DNA of 63,855 nt, counting the filler, from Olpidium bornovanus S191 (lineage: Eukaryota; Fungi; Olpidiomycota): the NCBI GenBank assembly GCA_017911155.1. It is 26 parts of 26 records of this genome, joined end to end, with 100 filler letters (N's around TTAATTAATTAA, not from the genome) between each part and the next. Parts side by side here need not be neighbours in the genome. Positions count along the whole stretch, not along the records: positions 36,884 to 39,506 come from JAEFCI010008524.1; positions 39,607 to 43,633 come from JAEFCI010001278.1; positions 43,734 to 45,679 come from JAEFCI010006936.1; positions 45,780 to 47,221 come from JAEFCI010004550.1; positions 47,322 to 48,794 come from JAEFCI010010529.1; 21 more parts are not named here. One strand, given 5' to 3'. The first letter of the stretch is position 1, and every line of letters starts with the position of its first letter. Below the pieces are notes generated by a model. The model made no database searches. It was not told where the DNA came from and was given only the letters and a program-made list of their open reading frames with translations. A program made the translations under genes and the position numbers. This document shows positions 36,784-48,894 of the stretch, piece after piece.

Positions 36784-37519
36784 NNNNNNNNNNNNNNNNN
36801 NNNNNNNNNNNNNNNNNNNNNNNNNNNTTAATTAATTAANNNNNNNNNNNNNNNNNNNNNNNNNNNNNNNNNNNNNNNNNNNNAAACTGTGCTAAAAGGA
36901 GAAACCGTGTCCTGCCTTGGCCCACAGAGCAGCTAGAGACTTGCTTCTTTTTCTGCAGGGCGTCTTGGCTCTTTGCTCACCTGCCTGACCTGTTCTCTAG
37001 CCCGGCGGGTTGTTGTTGTTTTTTTTTTGTTTGTTTTTTTCGTCCGGCGGGGGCCCGCCCGGCCGCCCCCCGCCTCTCGACGAGCGGGTGTGCGGCCACA
37101 AAAACCTTTTTGAACCGGGGCAAAATTGCGCCCAAAAAAAAAAAAAAAAAAAAAAAAACACCTGACAGCGACCACGCAGTTTTTTTTTTTTCCGAACGTT
37201 TTTGCGGGCGCTTGGTTTTGTCGACCGGGTGTGTGAAGGGGGGGGGGGGGGGGGGGGAATTCCGGTGAGCCATCCGCGACCTGCCCTTCAATCGTCAACC
37301 GTCATTACCACCGGAAAATTCCCCGACCTCCACTTGACACGGCTTCCTCATACAGCCCAACGGTCGCCGCATCCCGGACCCCGTTTCGCCGCTTCCCACG
37401 GCGCGTAAACGAGACAAAGACAACGTCCAATAACGGAAAGGCGGCGTCGCTGTCCTGAGGCGTGCAATCGAGTGCGGTGAAGGAGGGGGGAGGGCGCCCT
37501 GCGGCGGGAAGTTTTCTTC

Positions 37520-39370
37520 TACCTTTTCTTCTTTGCGGATGCCTTTTCCAGCTGCTTCGCCCTCTCCTTGGAGACCGCGAGGGTGACGTTGAGCAGCCGG
37601 CCGTCCAAGAAGAACGGCCCCTGATCCTCCTCTGCGAATTCCGGGAGGAGAACGGATTTCCGCGGCAGGCCGTCGACCCCTTTGTCGGCCGTCCGCGGCG
37701 GGGCGTTCTTCTTGCCGGACTTCCGCGGCGGCGCGGCGCTTTCCTTGCGGCCGGCCGGGTCGTTCACGCCGACCAGCGCCTCGTACGCTTGGATGCACCC
37801 GCGCGCGGCGCCGGCTTCGCGGAAGCACACGAACGCGACACCGCGAGAGCGGCCGGTCGCCGGGAAAGTGACGATCTTCGCGTACAACACGGGCCCGAAC
37901 TCCGAGAATCTGCATAGTGCGCGACGCGGCCGGCCATTCGTAAGACGCGTGTGAAGCTGAAGAACGGCCGCAAGCAACACGCGTTTTTGACACCCACTTC
38001 TCCGCAAGGTCCTCTTCCGTCGAGTCGAACGAGAGGTTGCGCACGAAAACAGTCGAGCCGTCCTTCGCCGTCGGCTGGCGGTTTGTTTTCCTCCGGCGCT
38101 CGTTCTCATCCGCCAGAGCCGTTCTGGCCCCGTCCGCTTCGTCTTCCTCCTCTTCGCCTTCCTCGCTTTCGCCGGCCTCCGAACTCTCCGACGACATGGC
38201 GCCGGCCGTTCGCTGATCCTCCTGGCCAGCGGCAGCAGCATCACAACCGGGTGTCGGGTCGGAACCGGACGTGACGCTTTCGCCGATGCGCTCAACAACC
38301 GGCGGCGCTCCGTCCGGCGCCCCTTCAGACGGCGCTCCGTCCGTCGCGCCTTCAGACGGCGCTCCGTTCCCGTGACACGCCGCGGCCTCCTCCGGCGGCC
38401 GCGTTTCGTCCTGGACCTTCTCCGCCTCGTCGAACTTCCCCTTGGCCAGCGCCCAGTCTACCGCGACGGGCCGGCCGTAGTGCACCGTCGCGTTCAACGC
38501 CTTCAACGCGGTTTCCGCGTTCTCGACCGAGTCCATCTGCACGAAAGCAAACCCGCGGAGAGGCCCGTCTGGTGTTTTCCTGGGCAGGGAGACAGACACG
38601 ACGCCGCCGTGTTCAGAGAACATCTTCCGCAGAGCGGCTTCGTCCATCTGCAAAGGACAAAACAAATAAGACGGTTCCGGTGAGCTTTGGCCCCGACACA
38701 CGCGGGGGCGGCGGCCGCCGCGGCTTCCTCCACACACACACACACACACACCTTCCACGGCACGTTGCGGACGATCAGCCGGGCTTTGCGCAGCTCGCGC
38801 CTCGCATCCGCCAGCGGAACAGCCGCGAGTTTGGCGCCCTTGAACACGTGTCGGTCAAGGTGTTTCCGCGCCTTCAGGACGTCATCGAACGCGCCGTACA
38901 CGACGTGGGCTGCCACACCGGCCGGCCGGCGGCGGGTTTTCGCGGGGTTTTGCCGAGGAGCACGGGGTCAGTTCGAGTTGGCGGGGGGTCAGGCCGACGC
39001 AAACGAGCCGATCGAATCAAGGTTTCGACTGCTCCCCCAGCCCCCGCCTCCTCGCCTCCCTGGCCCGCCCCCGGCTTCGCAGCGCCGCGCCGCCTCCCCG
39101 CGCCGCTCCCCGTCCCCGACAATAACCCCAGGAACCATCAGGGAGCAGGCTTACCAACGCTGTCGTCGGCTTCGCCGGTCCCGTCCGCGTACGCCGGAGC
39201 GGGGCGTACGAGCTTCGTCACCGACCCGCTCTTTCGGACGCGCTTGTAGACCTGCTTGTTCGTCACTCCCGCAGGAAGGCCGGTCACTCTGAGGACGTTG
39301 CTCTTCTCAAGGCTCCTGGGTATTTCGCCGGATCGGGCGGTCGTGAACGTCGATTCGGTCAGCCGAGCGG
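37520..39370 (-). CDS. NOP4: Multi-RRM nucleolar protein Nop4/RBM28, internal part
   Basis: ARLIVRNVPWK, RGFAFVQM, GRPVAVDWALAK, TVFVRNLSFDSTEEDL, TGRSRGVAFVCF and LDGRLLNVTLAVSKE. Confidence 0.9.
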
Positions 39371-39389
39371 CACGCGGTCGAGGGCTCCT

Positions 39390-39506
39390 CCCTCTTCCCT
39401 CTTCCCTCTTCCCTCTTCCCTCTTCCCTCTTCCCTCTTCCCTCTTCCCTCTTCCCTCTTCCCTCTTCCCTCTTCCCTCTTCCCTCTTCCCTCTTCCCTCT
39501 TCCCTC
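39390..39506. repeat. Heptanucleotide microsatellite (CCTCTTC)n running into the contig end
   Basis: Perfect 7-bp tandem of about 16 copies. Confidence 0.97.
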
Positions 39507-39679
39507 NNNNNNNNNNNNNNNNNNNNNNNNNNNNNNNNNNNNNNNNNNNNTTAATTAATTAANNNNNNNNNNNNNNNNNNNNNNNNNNNNNNNNNNNNNN
39601 NNNNNNCATGTTGGGGAATGGATGGGGGACACAGGCAACTCAAGACATTCAAATGCTCCTCAGCACGGAGCTTGATTCC

Positions 39680-42600
39680 TTACCATCGTCTGTCGTTCCG
39701 CCTCCAACGCGCTGTCGATACAATGTTCTTTCTGCAAACGGCCGATGTGCCGAATGCATTGGCGCTTCAAAAACAGCTCGTAATTAAGCTCGTTGTGAAG
39801 CAACATAATGTATCTGTGCAGTTCCTCAATCAAGGGCTTCAAGTCGCCGCAGCGACTTCGGCCGGTCGCACCGGTGTCTGTGCCCTGCGGCTCCGGACTC
39901 TGGACGTTCTCCGATGCGCCGGCTGGCTCGTCGTAAGGACAACCGCTGAAGGATTCATACTGAGGGTCGCAGCAGGAATCAAGTTCCTACGTACCAGAAG
40001 ATGGCTGTTAGGACCACACTCGGCCTCCTTCAACGTATGCACGGTCAGCACCTTTTTGCACGGCCACTGACCGCCGGCATTAGATAACCAGACTCCAAAG
40101 CCAGGTGAGTTCGGAGAATCAAGTCGATGTCCACCTCGGGCAGATGTTCTCTCGAGCAAATGTCCTCAGTTTGCTGTCCCTGCTCGCGACCGCCGCGTGC
40201 CTCCGAGACGTCATCTATTTCCGCATTTACTTCTGGGAGCTGCAGAACATGCCGGCGTTCCGCCAAAACCGGCATTGGTCCCGAAATTGACTGCTGCATC
40301 TGGTCCCACTTTGCGTCCTCGACGTCCAGACTTCCGCCGACCTCGTCGTCCTGATCCTCAACAGGAATCTTCCACTCGGGATCGGCTCTACGCGAGCAAG
40401 CAGCGTCATCATACTCGTCACATCCGACGTCTGGGTAACGATGATGCTCGCCTACGCCCGTGGACGTCCGGAGGCCCACGCAGAAAGCAGCTATATCTGC
40501 TGGTTCGACCTTCATCCAGCGAGAGTTGTCCGACAGCTCCTGGTCCCAGTCGCCGTTGTTCAAGAGATCTGGATGCAGGGTAAACTTCCTGATGTACGTC
40601 TGGGGGGGGGGATGCAAGAAGGGCGGGTTGAGTGACCCCGCCTTGCTGAGAACCAATCAATGAGGATAGTGGATTCAAAGGGACTAATAACACCAACCTT
40701 GCATTTTGCGCGGAGGACCTCGTCAATATCTTCCATCCAACTAGGGTTGCACTGCTGTCCCTCCGGCCGCGGATGCTCCTTGAAATAGGCGGACGGCGAT
40801 TTAAAAAACTTTAAGAGACTGCGTGGGAACATACCGTAGATGAAAGTGAACAGCGCGAGGCACGAAGGCTTCGTTGACGACTGACTTCCAACACCCCCTA
40901 CTAGAAACTCGGCAAGTGAGTTTCGACAGATTTGAGAATCATTGTTGGCCGGATAGAACCCACACGTCTCTTGCCATGGCGCATCTCCCGTTCGACTTGG
41001 AGTGACGAACGATCACTGGCGCTACTGGCGGATCATCGCGGAAGCACACGGCCGAAAAGTCAAAAGTCATAACATCGGGCGCTGCAGGAAGCACGGTGCC
41101 GTCGCCGGTAAATCCAATCAAAATATGGTTTTCATTCAAGATTACCTTGAAGATGCCTTGTTTCCAGGGTGCACAATCGCACTATCTTGCGAGAGAATTT
41201 CATGGTTCCAGCATAAAAGCCGGGTGAGAACAGCAAAAAGCCGCGGTAGCAACGGCGGGAGAGACGTGCAGATGGATGGCATCATCATCACGATGAAGAT
41301 TACTCCAGGCGATATGACTTCGACGTCACTATCATACTGCGCAGCGGAATCCGCATTTTTGCGAAACAAGTGAATGAAACACACCAACTGCAACCGACCA
41401 CGCAAATCGCCACCAACGTTCCACGACTCTCACCATAAGGCTGTCCAAAATGCTATTCAACAAAGGCGTCGATGGTACGTGGTACAAATACATGTCCTAC
41501 CGTGTAATGTCAGGGGTGTCGAAATCGCGTTCCACACACAAATTGTACCGCACCGAACAAAAACCTTCGGTCCTAATTCGCGCTTACCTGGGTGCGAGAG
41601 AACGTGGTGAGAAGGTAGAGAACATCGCGGCGAAACTGTGGTCGTCTGAAGTAACTGTCCAGCAAGGTGAAGAACGCCTGTACCTCGCATGAGCGTACGA
41701 GCGATCGTGCGCAGGGTATATCAAAGTCGTTGCAGCAAATAGAGTGCGTGCTAACCTTCGGCTTCGCGATACCGAATTCGACGAGGAGTCTCTCGAGCTG
41801 GGCACAAGCGGCTCGCCGGTCGGGCGTGTATGAAGTCGTATCCGATTCGTCGCAGGCGTCGTTGTCCGCCCTCGCATGGGCGAGATACGTCTTGACAACG
41901 GCGTGGCGGAGATCCGACGTGGGTGTCGTCGCCGGCTGTTCGGCTCGCAAATCATGTTCTTCCTGCCACGCGACGAGAACCGACAGGACCAGCTCTCGGC
42001 CAGCAGACAGCACGTCGTGATGACGTAGTCCGGGAAGCTGCAGCAACGACCTCAGCAAGGTGTCCCACCAGTCGGCCGCAAACCTCTCCGGGGTGTAAAG
42101 CTGCGAAACGCTTCGCAGACACCTCAGAAAAAGCGCTAGGCATGCCTGCCACGTCTCCTCCGCCACTTCTCCTTGGACAGACTGCCGGTGGGACGAACGG
42201 TCTGGAGTCTGATGCTTTCTCCAGTTGCGGCCGTACAAAGGCTCCGCAAAGTACTCAGCGTACAGCTGAAACACCTCGCGCGCCAGGGAATCAGCCAGGT
42301 GCGACGAAGAGTCCTTGCTCCCGCTGCCGGGCTCCTCAAACGTCTGCCCCGAAGAATTGGCCCGGGACGCGCCGCCGCCCGACGACACCAACCCGGGGAT
42401 GACGGCGGGGAGGGGCGCCTTGCCGTCCGCCTCGTGCATGGCGGCGAACCTGTCAACCGCGTCGAGCGTTCGGCCGAACTCCTCCTCCAGCGACTGCGGC
42501 GGCGGGGAAACCGTCGGCGCAGACGGGCTTGCCGGCTTCGACGGGTCGACCCCGCCGCGGCTCAGGGCCCAGTCCAGGTTGGCTCGCAAAAGATCGACCA

Positions 42601-42778
42601 CGTCTTCGACGGTGGCAAGACTGTGGCGGAGGTCCGGCTCGGCGGCGAGGAACGGCGGCGCGCAGGCGGAGGCGGAAGCGGCCGACGGAGGCAACAGCCC
42701 TTTGGGTTGGCCGCCGCCGGCGCCCGCGCCGGTCGCGCTGAACAAGCGGCGGTGGCTGCATGACTTCCGCCGCTCCAT
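39680..42778 (-). CDS. TSC1: Hamartin (Tsc1), multi-exon, 3'-truncated
   Basis: DWWDTLLRSLL, LERLLVEFGIAKPK, FFTLLDSYFRRPQFRRDVLYLL, MFPRSLLKFFKSP and LHRYIMLLHNELNYELFLKRQCIRHIGRLQKEH match the fungal Tsc1 pattern LxNELNFExYLKxQHxxHIGxL. Confidence 0.85.
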
Positions 42779-43045
42779 GCCGGAAGGGTGTTTTATCTTT
42801 TTGTTTCCGGGAAGGGATACGGGGCACTTTTCGAAGAAGCGCAAAATGCAGCCAGGCGCCGGACAACGGTCAAAGGCAGGACGGAGGCCTCCGGCTCTCC
42901 TGCGTGGCGGGCGCGCGCGGGTGCAGGCGAGCGCGAGTGCGGGCGTGCGCGGGGACGTGCGCGGGAGAGTGCGGGCCGTCCCGTTGTTGCGCGCGTGTGT
43001 GCGAGCGCGGGCGCGCGTGCTGCGGCCGCGAAAAAAAAAAAAACA

Positions 43046-43122
43046 CCATCATCATCATCATAATCATCATCATAATCATCATCATAATCATCATCATCAT
43101 CATCATAATCATCGTCATCATC
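43046..43122. repeat. (CAT)n/(CATAAT) trinucleotide microsatellite upstream of TSC1
   Basis: Directly visible tract. Confidence 0.95.
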
Positions 43123-44259
43123 ACCGAAGTCTGGTCGTATGTAAGCCGGCCGCGCTCCGCCTTTCTGGCGCCATCCAAGCTGCAGAAAGTTGGGCGTCCG
43201 CCCCGAATCAACTAGAGGATTTGCTACACCTCGGCGAATTCCGCTCCCTCATTGATAAATCCGGGGCTATCCCGCATATTCACACTGAAATTAAGTCCGA
43301 GAATGATGTGTGTGGTGCACTCCAGTGTGGTGGCGCCCGAGCCGTAATATCGGCAAATTTCCACCACGCTGTGGCTTTCGAAGTATTTCCGAGCCCAACG
43401 CCAGTACCGGAGCCACAATACCGGATATTGCGCACCGGATATTGCACACCGGATGGTGCGCACCGGTACGCGCGGCACTACCCACACACCACATATCCAT
43501 GCTGGCGCTGACCATGGCAGCCGCGCCTATATAAACGGAGGTCTCATTGGAGACCGTCTGACAAGCCCCGCTTGTATGTGAAGTCCTTGTCGGCTTTGGT
43601 GAGGTCGGGGAGGTGGAGCACCAAACGTCAGAANNNNNNNNNNNNNNNNNNNNNNNNNNNNNNNNNNNNNNNNNNNNTTAATTAATTAANNNNNNNNNNN
43701 NNNNNNNNNNNNNNNNNNNNNNNNNNNNNNNNNATGCGACGGGTCTGCTACAGTTATGACGTGCCAAAGTAAAGACGGGGCAACGGGGATGGGTGTGGTG
43801 CCGGCCGTTGTTAGGGAGACAAATTCCCGATTAACGCGACCCAGCCGACATGGACTCTCTTCTCATTTTTCCGCTCCTTCCTTTCTCTTTGTTTTCCCTC
43901 TGTCCGCACACGAACGAAGTCCCCCCCTGCTGATGTTCACCGTCCACGAGTACGGCCGCGAGCAGCGTTCCCCTTTCGTCTTTTCGATCCGCCGTTAACG
44001 TAGCGTAGCTTTCCTTCCCCCCACCCCCGAATGTTTCCGTAGTCGTGATCTCCGTGCGCGGCGCCTTGTCCGTTTTCTGAGAGGAGCAAAGAAGATAATA
44101 GAGAACCTCTCCATCCAAGGTTGGACCAGAGACCCTGCGTCTGCCTTATCCGTGCCCCTCATTTCCGTTTTAGCGTCTTTCTGGACTGACGGTGAAGACG
44201 GGGTCCCCCATAGGCCAAAGGAATGGAGTAATTTTCTTTTCAGGATACCTCTCCGGCCC

Positions 44260-44610
44260 TTTGGTGGGGGGCGCGCTGCGTAGCGAAGGTTAGACGGAGA
44301 GGTAGTACCACACAGTAACTTAAATGCTTTTCTTCCGAAGAGCCTGTTGAAGTGCTCTTCGAAAAACTGGCTGGTGGCAATCGACGCGCTCTTTGTAGAG
44401 CCCGTATCGCCAGTAGACTTCATCCTAACGCACTCTCTGTAGCGCCCATAACAACTTCGCTTCGATGCGACCATCGAAGCGCCCGACCCGGTGGGCTGGA
44501 CGGCTTCCCCAGGGTGGGGGATATGAAAACTCCCCCGCGGGGAGCGCGCCCACAGGTGAATTCGCGCTTCGCCCTCACCCAAACACAACAAGAAAACAAA
44601 CGCTTTCCCT
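44260..44610 (-). mobile_element. Unclassified dispersed repeat, copy 2 (homologous to 9430-9830)
   Basis: The reverse complement shares collinear blocks with copy 1. Confidence 0.7.
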
Positions 44611-44857
44611 CCCCGCTCCGCCCGTCGTTTCCCGTTCCCGTTTCCCGCTCCCGCTCCCGCTCCTATGCTTTCGGCTCCGCTTCTGTCGCTATGGGCCTTA
44701 CTTCAAAGTTTGAAGTAACTTTGTGGTTACCTTCCAGGCCTACAACAGGGATGCAAAAGTCTACCGTAGACCTCTCTCACGTGGTTCGTCTTGAAGGCAA
44801 CCAGTGGGAGACTAAGAAGCGTGCCCTCTGCAAGGGAGCCACCTTCCATGTCATAGC

Positions 44858-45672
44858 CGTGCTGGAGAAAATCGACTCAAGCTCTGCGAACCACTTCTCA
44901 ATTCTCCTTCCCTCGGATCACGAGCCGCCCACACCTATTAAAAGAGAGCCCAGATCTTTTGGAAGCCACTTGAAGCGCAAGATGGTTTTAGACGGCACTG
45001 GTCACATCAACAACCAGTTGGGTTCGTCCTCCTCCGCCGAGTCGTCTTCTACTTTACCTGCAGCCCACCAAGTACCCCGCCATGTAATCTTCGCCCACCA
45101 TTGCGGGACCTTGTTTTTTTCCCACTTCCGGTGACATCGGATCGCCCACAGATGATGTGCCAGCTGTGGAGGAGCACTCTGCCCAGTTGGCCAAGTATGC
45201 CAAATCAGCCAAAAGGCACGCGGCTTCTGATTGCTTCAGGCACGCAAGACTTTTAAACTTTACATGCTGGAAAAAGTCGTCTCAAGCTCTGCGGACAATT
45301 CTCTCAATCCTCCTTCCCCCGGACCACCAGCCGCCCACATCCATTAAAAGAAAGCCCAGATCTTTTTGAAGCCACTTGAAGCTCATGGTGGTTTTGGACC
45401 GCAACGGTCACATCAACATCCAGTTGGGTTCGTCCTCCTCCGCCGAGTCGTCTTCTACTTTACCTGCAGCCGACCAGTACCCCGCCATATAATCTTCGCC
45501 CACCTTTGCGGGGCCTTGTTTTTTTTTTCCCACTTCCGGTGTCACCGGATCGCCCACAGATAATGTGTCAGCTGTGGAGGAGCACTCTGCCCGGTTGGCC
45601 AAGCCTGCCAAATCAGCGAACGGCAAGCGGCTTCTGATTGTTTCAGGCACCCAAGACCTTTGAACTTTACAT
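44858..45672 (+). repeat. Head-to-tail duplication of an approximately 410-bp unit
   Basis: TGCTGGA...TCAAGCTCTGCG, CAGTTGGGTTCGTCCTCCTCCGCCGAGTCGTCTTCTACTTTACCTGCAGCC and CAGCTGTGGAGGAGCACTCTGCCC each occur twice, about 410 bp apart. Confidence 0.9.
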
Positions 45673-45779
45673 CTTCATGNNNNNNNNNNNNNNNNNNNNN
45701 NNNNNNNNNNNNNNNNNNNNNNNTTAATTAATTAANNNNNNNNNNNNNNNNNNNNNNNNNNNNNNNNNNNNNNNNNNNN

Positions 45780-47190
45780 CATGATATCGGGGGCCAGCCA
45801 GGCCGACGTGGCGCTTCTGGTCGTAGACGCCACAAAGGGCGAGTTCGAAGCCGGGTTCCACTCCGCCGGCCAGACAAAGGAGCACGCCCTGCTGGTCCGC
45901 AGCCTCGGCGTCCAGCAGCTCGTGGTGGCGGTGAACAAAATGGACGTGGTGCGTGAATGCGGGCAGGTTTTTTTTTGTTGGTTTGCACGGTGAACCGGGC
46001 TGCGGGCTCACGATCGCTAAGACACGAACGACGATGCCGGATCGGGTTTTTTGATTTTTTTTGACTTTTTTTTGACGTTCCGCGTTTACACAACGCAAAT
46101 TCAATCGCAGGCCGATTGGGCCCACGACCGCTTCGAGGAGATCAGCGCCCAGCTTTCCGCCTTCCTGATGAGCGTCGGGTTTAAAAAGGCAAATCTCTAC
46201 TTTGTACCTTGCAGCGGGATGGTTGGTGAAAACATCGTCTCTCGCGAGTGTCCCAAGCTCAAAGCGTGGTACGACGGTCCCACATTGGTGGATGTGTTTG
46301 GTAAGTATGCGTGGTAGCTTTTCTTTTTTTTTTTTTTTTTTTTTTTTTTGGGCGGCAATCGAGGAGGCTCTACTCACGTTTCCGCCGCGTCCGCTCTTCC
46401 CATCCACCAGAAATGTTCGAGCCGCCGGTTCGGCCGATTCAGAAGCCTTTCCGGCTGTCGGTGACGGACTTCTTCAAGGGAGGTCACAGCGCAGCCGGCT
46501 CGGGAGGTTCGGTGTCCGTTGCCGGGCGGATCGAAGCCGGCTCCGTACAGGTCGGCAACGCCGTGACCGTCGTTCCGGGATTCGCCAGCGGGACCGTCAA
46601 GTCTGTCGTCGTCAAAGACGAGTCCGCCCACTGGGCCGTCGCCGGCGATTCAGTGATTCTGACCCTCTCCGGGTTGGAGCTGCAGCAGCTGTCGTGCGTA
46701 ACCAAATATTTGCCCGCACCCCGGCTTTTGCCGCCCGACGTGCTCGCGGCGCTCACGTTACCCCGGCTGCCGGTCTTCTCCCCCGCTTTCGCCAAATTTT
46801 TTTTTTTTTTTGGCCCGCGCCCCTGAAGGACCGGAGCCATCCTCTGTCCCCCCGGGAATCTCGTGCCGCTGACCAATCACTTCCTCGCTCAAATTGTGGT
46901 GTTCGACGTGAAGGTACCCATCACCAACGGCTACCCGGTAAGAAAAAATGAGACTGAAAATTCGGAAAAAAAAAACGCGCGGGCGGTAGCACTGCCTTAT
47001 TCTTTGCGCACTCGCGTACCGAAAAAAAAATTTATTCGTCCCTCGCTGAATTTTTTTTTGTTTTTTTGCGGCTGCGCTTGGATCACAGGTAATCGTGCAC
47101 CAGGCGAGGCTGAACGAACCCGGGAACATCAGCAAGTTGGTGGCCACGGTGGACAAAGTTAACGGCGAGGTGAAGAAGCGGAATCCCCGG
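45780..47190 (+). CDS. HBS1: Hbs1 (eEF1A/eRF3-family GTPase), C-terminal part, multi-exon
   Basis: [84 protein letters not shown] and GEVKKRNPR. Confidence 0.9.
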
Positions 47191-47321
47191 TACGTCTCGA
47201 ACCCTTTCTTTCCCCCCCCCCNNNNNNNNNNNNNNNNNNNNNNNNNNNNNNNNNNNNNNNNNNNNTTAATTAATTAANNNNNNNNNNNNNNNNNNNNNNN
47301 NNNNNNNNNNNNNNNNNNNNN

Positions 47322-47830
47322 CCTCCTCAGCGAGCGGTGCGTCGCCCCGTGCTGGCGCTGCGCAAACTTCCGGATGACGCCGTCGTCGTCCTGGAACTCG
47401 CGGCCCCCCTCGTACACGTCCTCCAGCAGGGCGCGGACCATGTCGTCGACTTCCCGGATGACGCGCTCCTGCTCTTCCTGCTCCTCGACGACGTTAGCGG
47501 CTCGCTGCTTGTACAGCTGTGCGAGGTCGGCCTGCCGCAGCCGCATGTGCTCCGCCCACTCGCGGTCGGCGGGCGTGACCTGGTTCCCCGATATCCCTTC
47601 CTCGCTCGCCTGCCAATGCGAGAAGAGGTTGCTCGGCACGGAGCCCTGGGCGTCTCTGGAAGCCGCAGTCGAATCGGTGACGGTGGTTGCGGGCCGTGTG
47701 CCATGCTGGCTGACGCCGGGGTCGTTCCCGGAACCTTCTGCAGCCCCCAAGTTGGCCTCAGTAGCGTCCGGCGACATGGCGAGCGAAGTCGCTTTGGAAG
47801 TCCCCGGGCGTCCCGGGCGTTCCGATCGGC
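47322..47830 (-). CDS. Hypothetical protein fragment, charged helical
   Basis: EWAEHMRLRQADLAQLYKQRAANVVEEQEEQERVIREVDDMVRALLEDVYEG with GC3-biased codons; cut by the spacer. Confidence 0.45.
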
Positions 47831-48894
47831 AGAGGTAGATCCGGGTAGGGCGGGCGGAATCCTGTGATCGCTCAGGCGGACATCAATCCAACGGCGGACG
47901 CCCTTCCGCCGGAAAACAGGAAAACAGGTGCGCCGGGCAGCTCCTTTCACCGCCAGACCGGTACGCGGCAGGGGTTGATTCGGCGGGTGGTGGGTGATGG
48001 CGCGGGTGCGTGTGCGTGGATCTTTCGGTCGTCAGGGGTGGGAAAGCGGGGGTGGACGCGGGCGAGGGGGGTGGTCCCGCGTCGGGCTCGGCGGTTTTTT
48101 TCCTTTCGGGGGCGTTTATGGCTTTTTTTTTTTTCCTCCGGATCCCCGCGGCGCTACCAGGAGTGGCTCTCCCTGACGACGCCGCAGCCTTGGCGGCCCG
48201 CGCGGGAGTTTTTAAAACGGGCGCCCGGCAGCAGACACTTCGTATTCGGTGTGCTTTTGGCGTCGTCGCGCGTCTGTGCCCACCCGTTAACCCCGTGGCA
48301 CCGCTGAACGCGGGTCATGCCGCCGGCTGGGTATGTGGCCGCGTGTGCCCGTTTAGCCGCCGTCAGAACGGAGAGCGGAAAACCAAAGTCAAGAAGAGAG
48401 CTTCGCAGGGCTGCTGCCGCTGCGGCCGCGTCGGCCAGGGGGCCGGGCACCCGTCACCACCGGCACTCTCACCCGCCGCAGTGGTCTCACCGGCTTCCAA
48501 ACGGCGGCGGCCAAGCGTCCCGACACAACAGAACGATCCGTGGCCGCATGGCAGAACCCTGTCGCAAAAGGACAGACACGAAGGGGGAAGGGGAAAGGGG
48601 GTAATCAGGGAGGAGATCGACCCGCGCCGCTTTACAGGGTGGGATCTGTGAAGCTTTCGCCCATTTGCTCGAACATGAAAGCAGCACGTGGGTTCGATTC
48701 AGAGCAATTCACTCGGACGTTTGGGCCCGGTAACCCTGTGGGGGCGCGTGAGAATTTGCACCCCGCGGACGCTGTTTCAACTTGCACGCACGCGNNNNNN
48801 NNNNNNNNNNNNNNNNNNNNNNNNNNNNNNNNNNNNNNTTAATTAATTAANNNNNNNNNNNNNNNNNNNNNNNNNNNNNNNNNNNNNNNNNNNN

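Noticed and set aside
42315-43511. 398-aa ORF with poly-His tract
   Set aside because: Antisense to TSC1 exon 1 and running through a (CAT)n microsatellite.
48685-48705. tRNA/SINE from the GGTTCGATTC box-B-like motif
   Set aside because: No box A or cloverleaf could be built.
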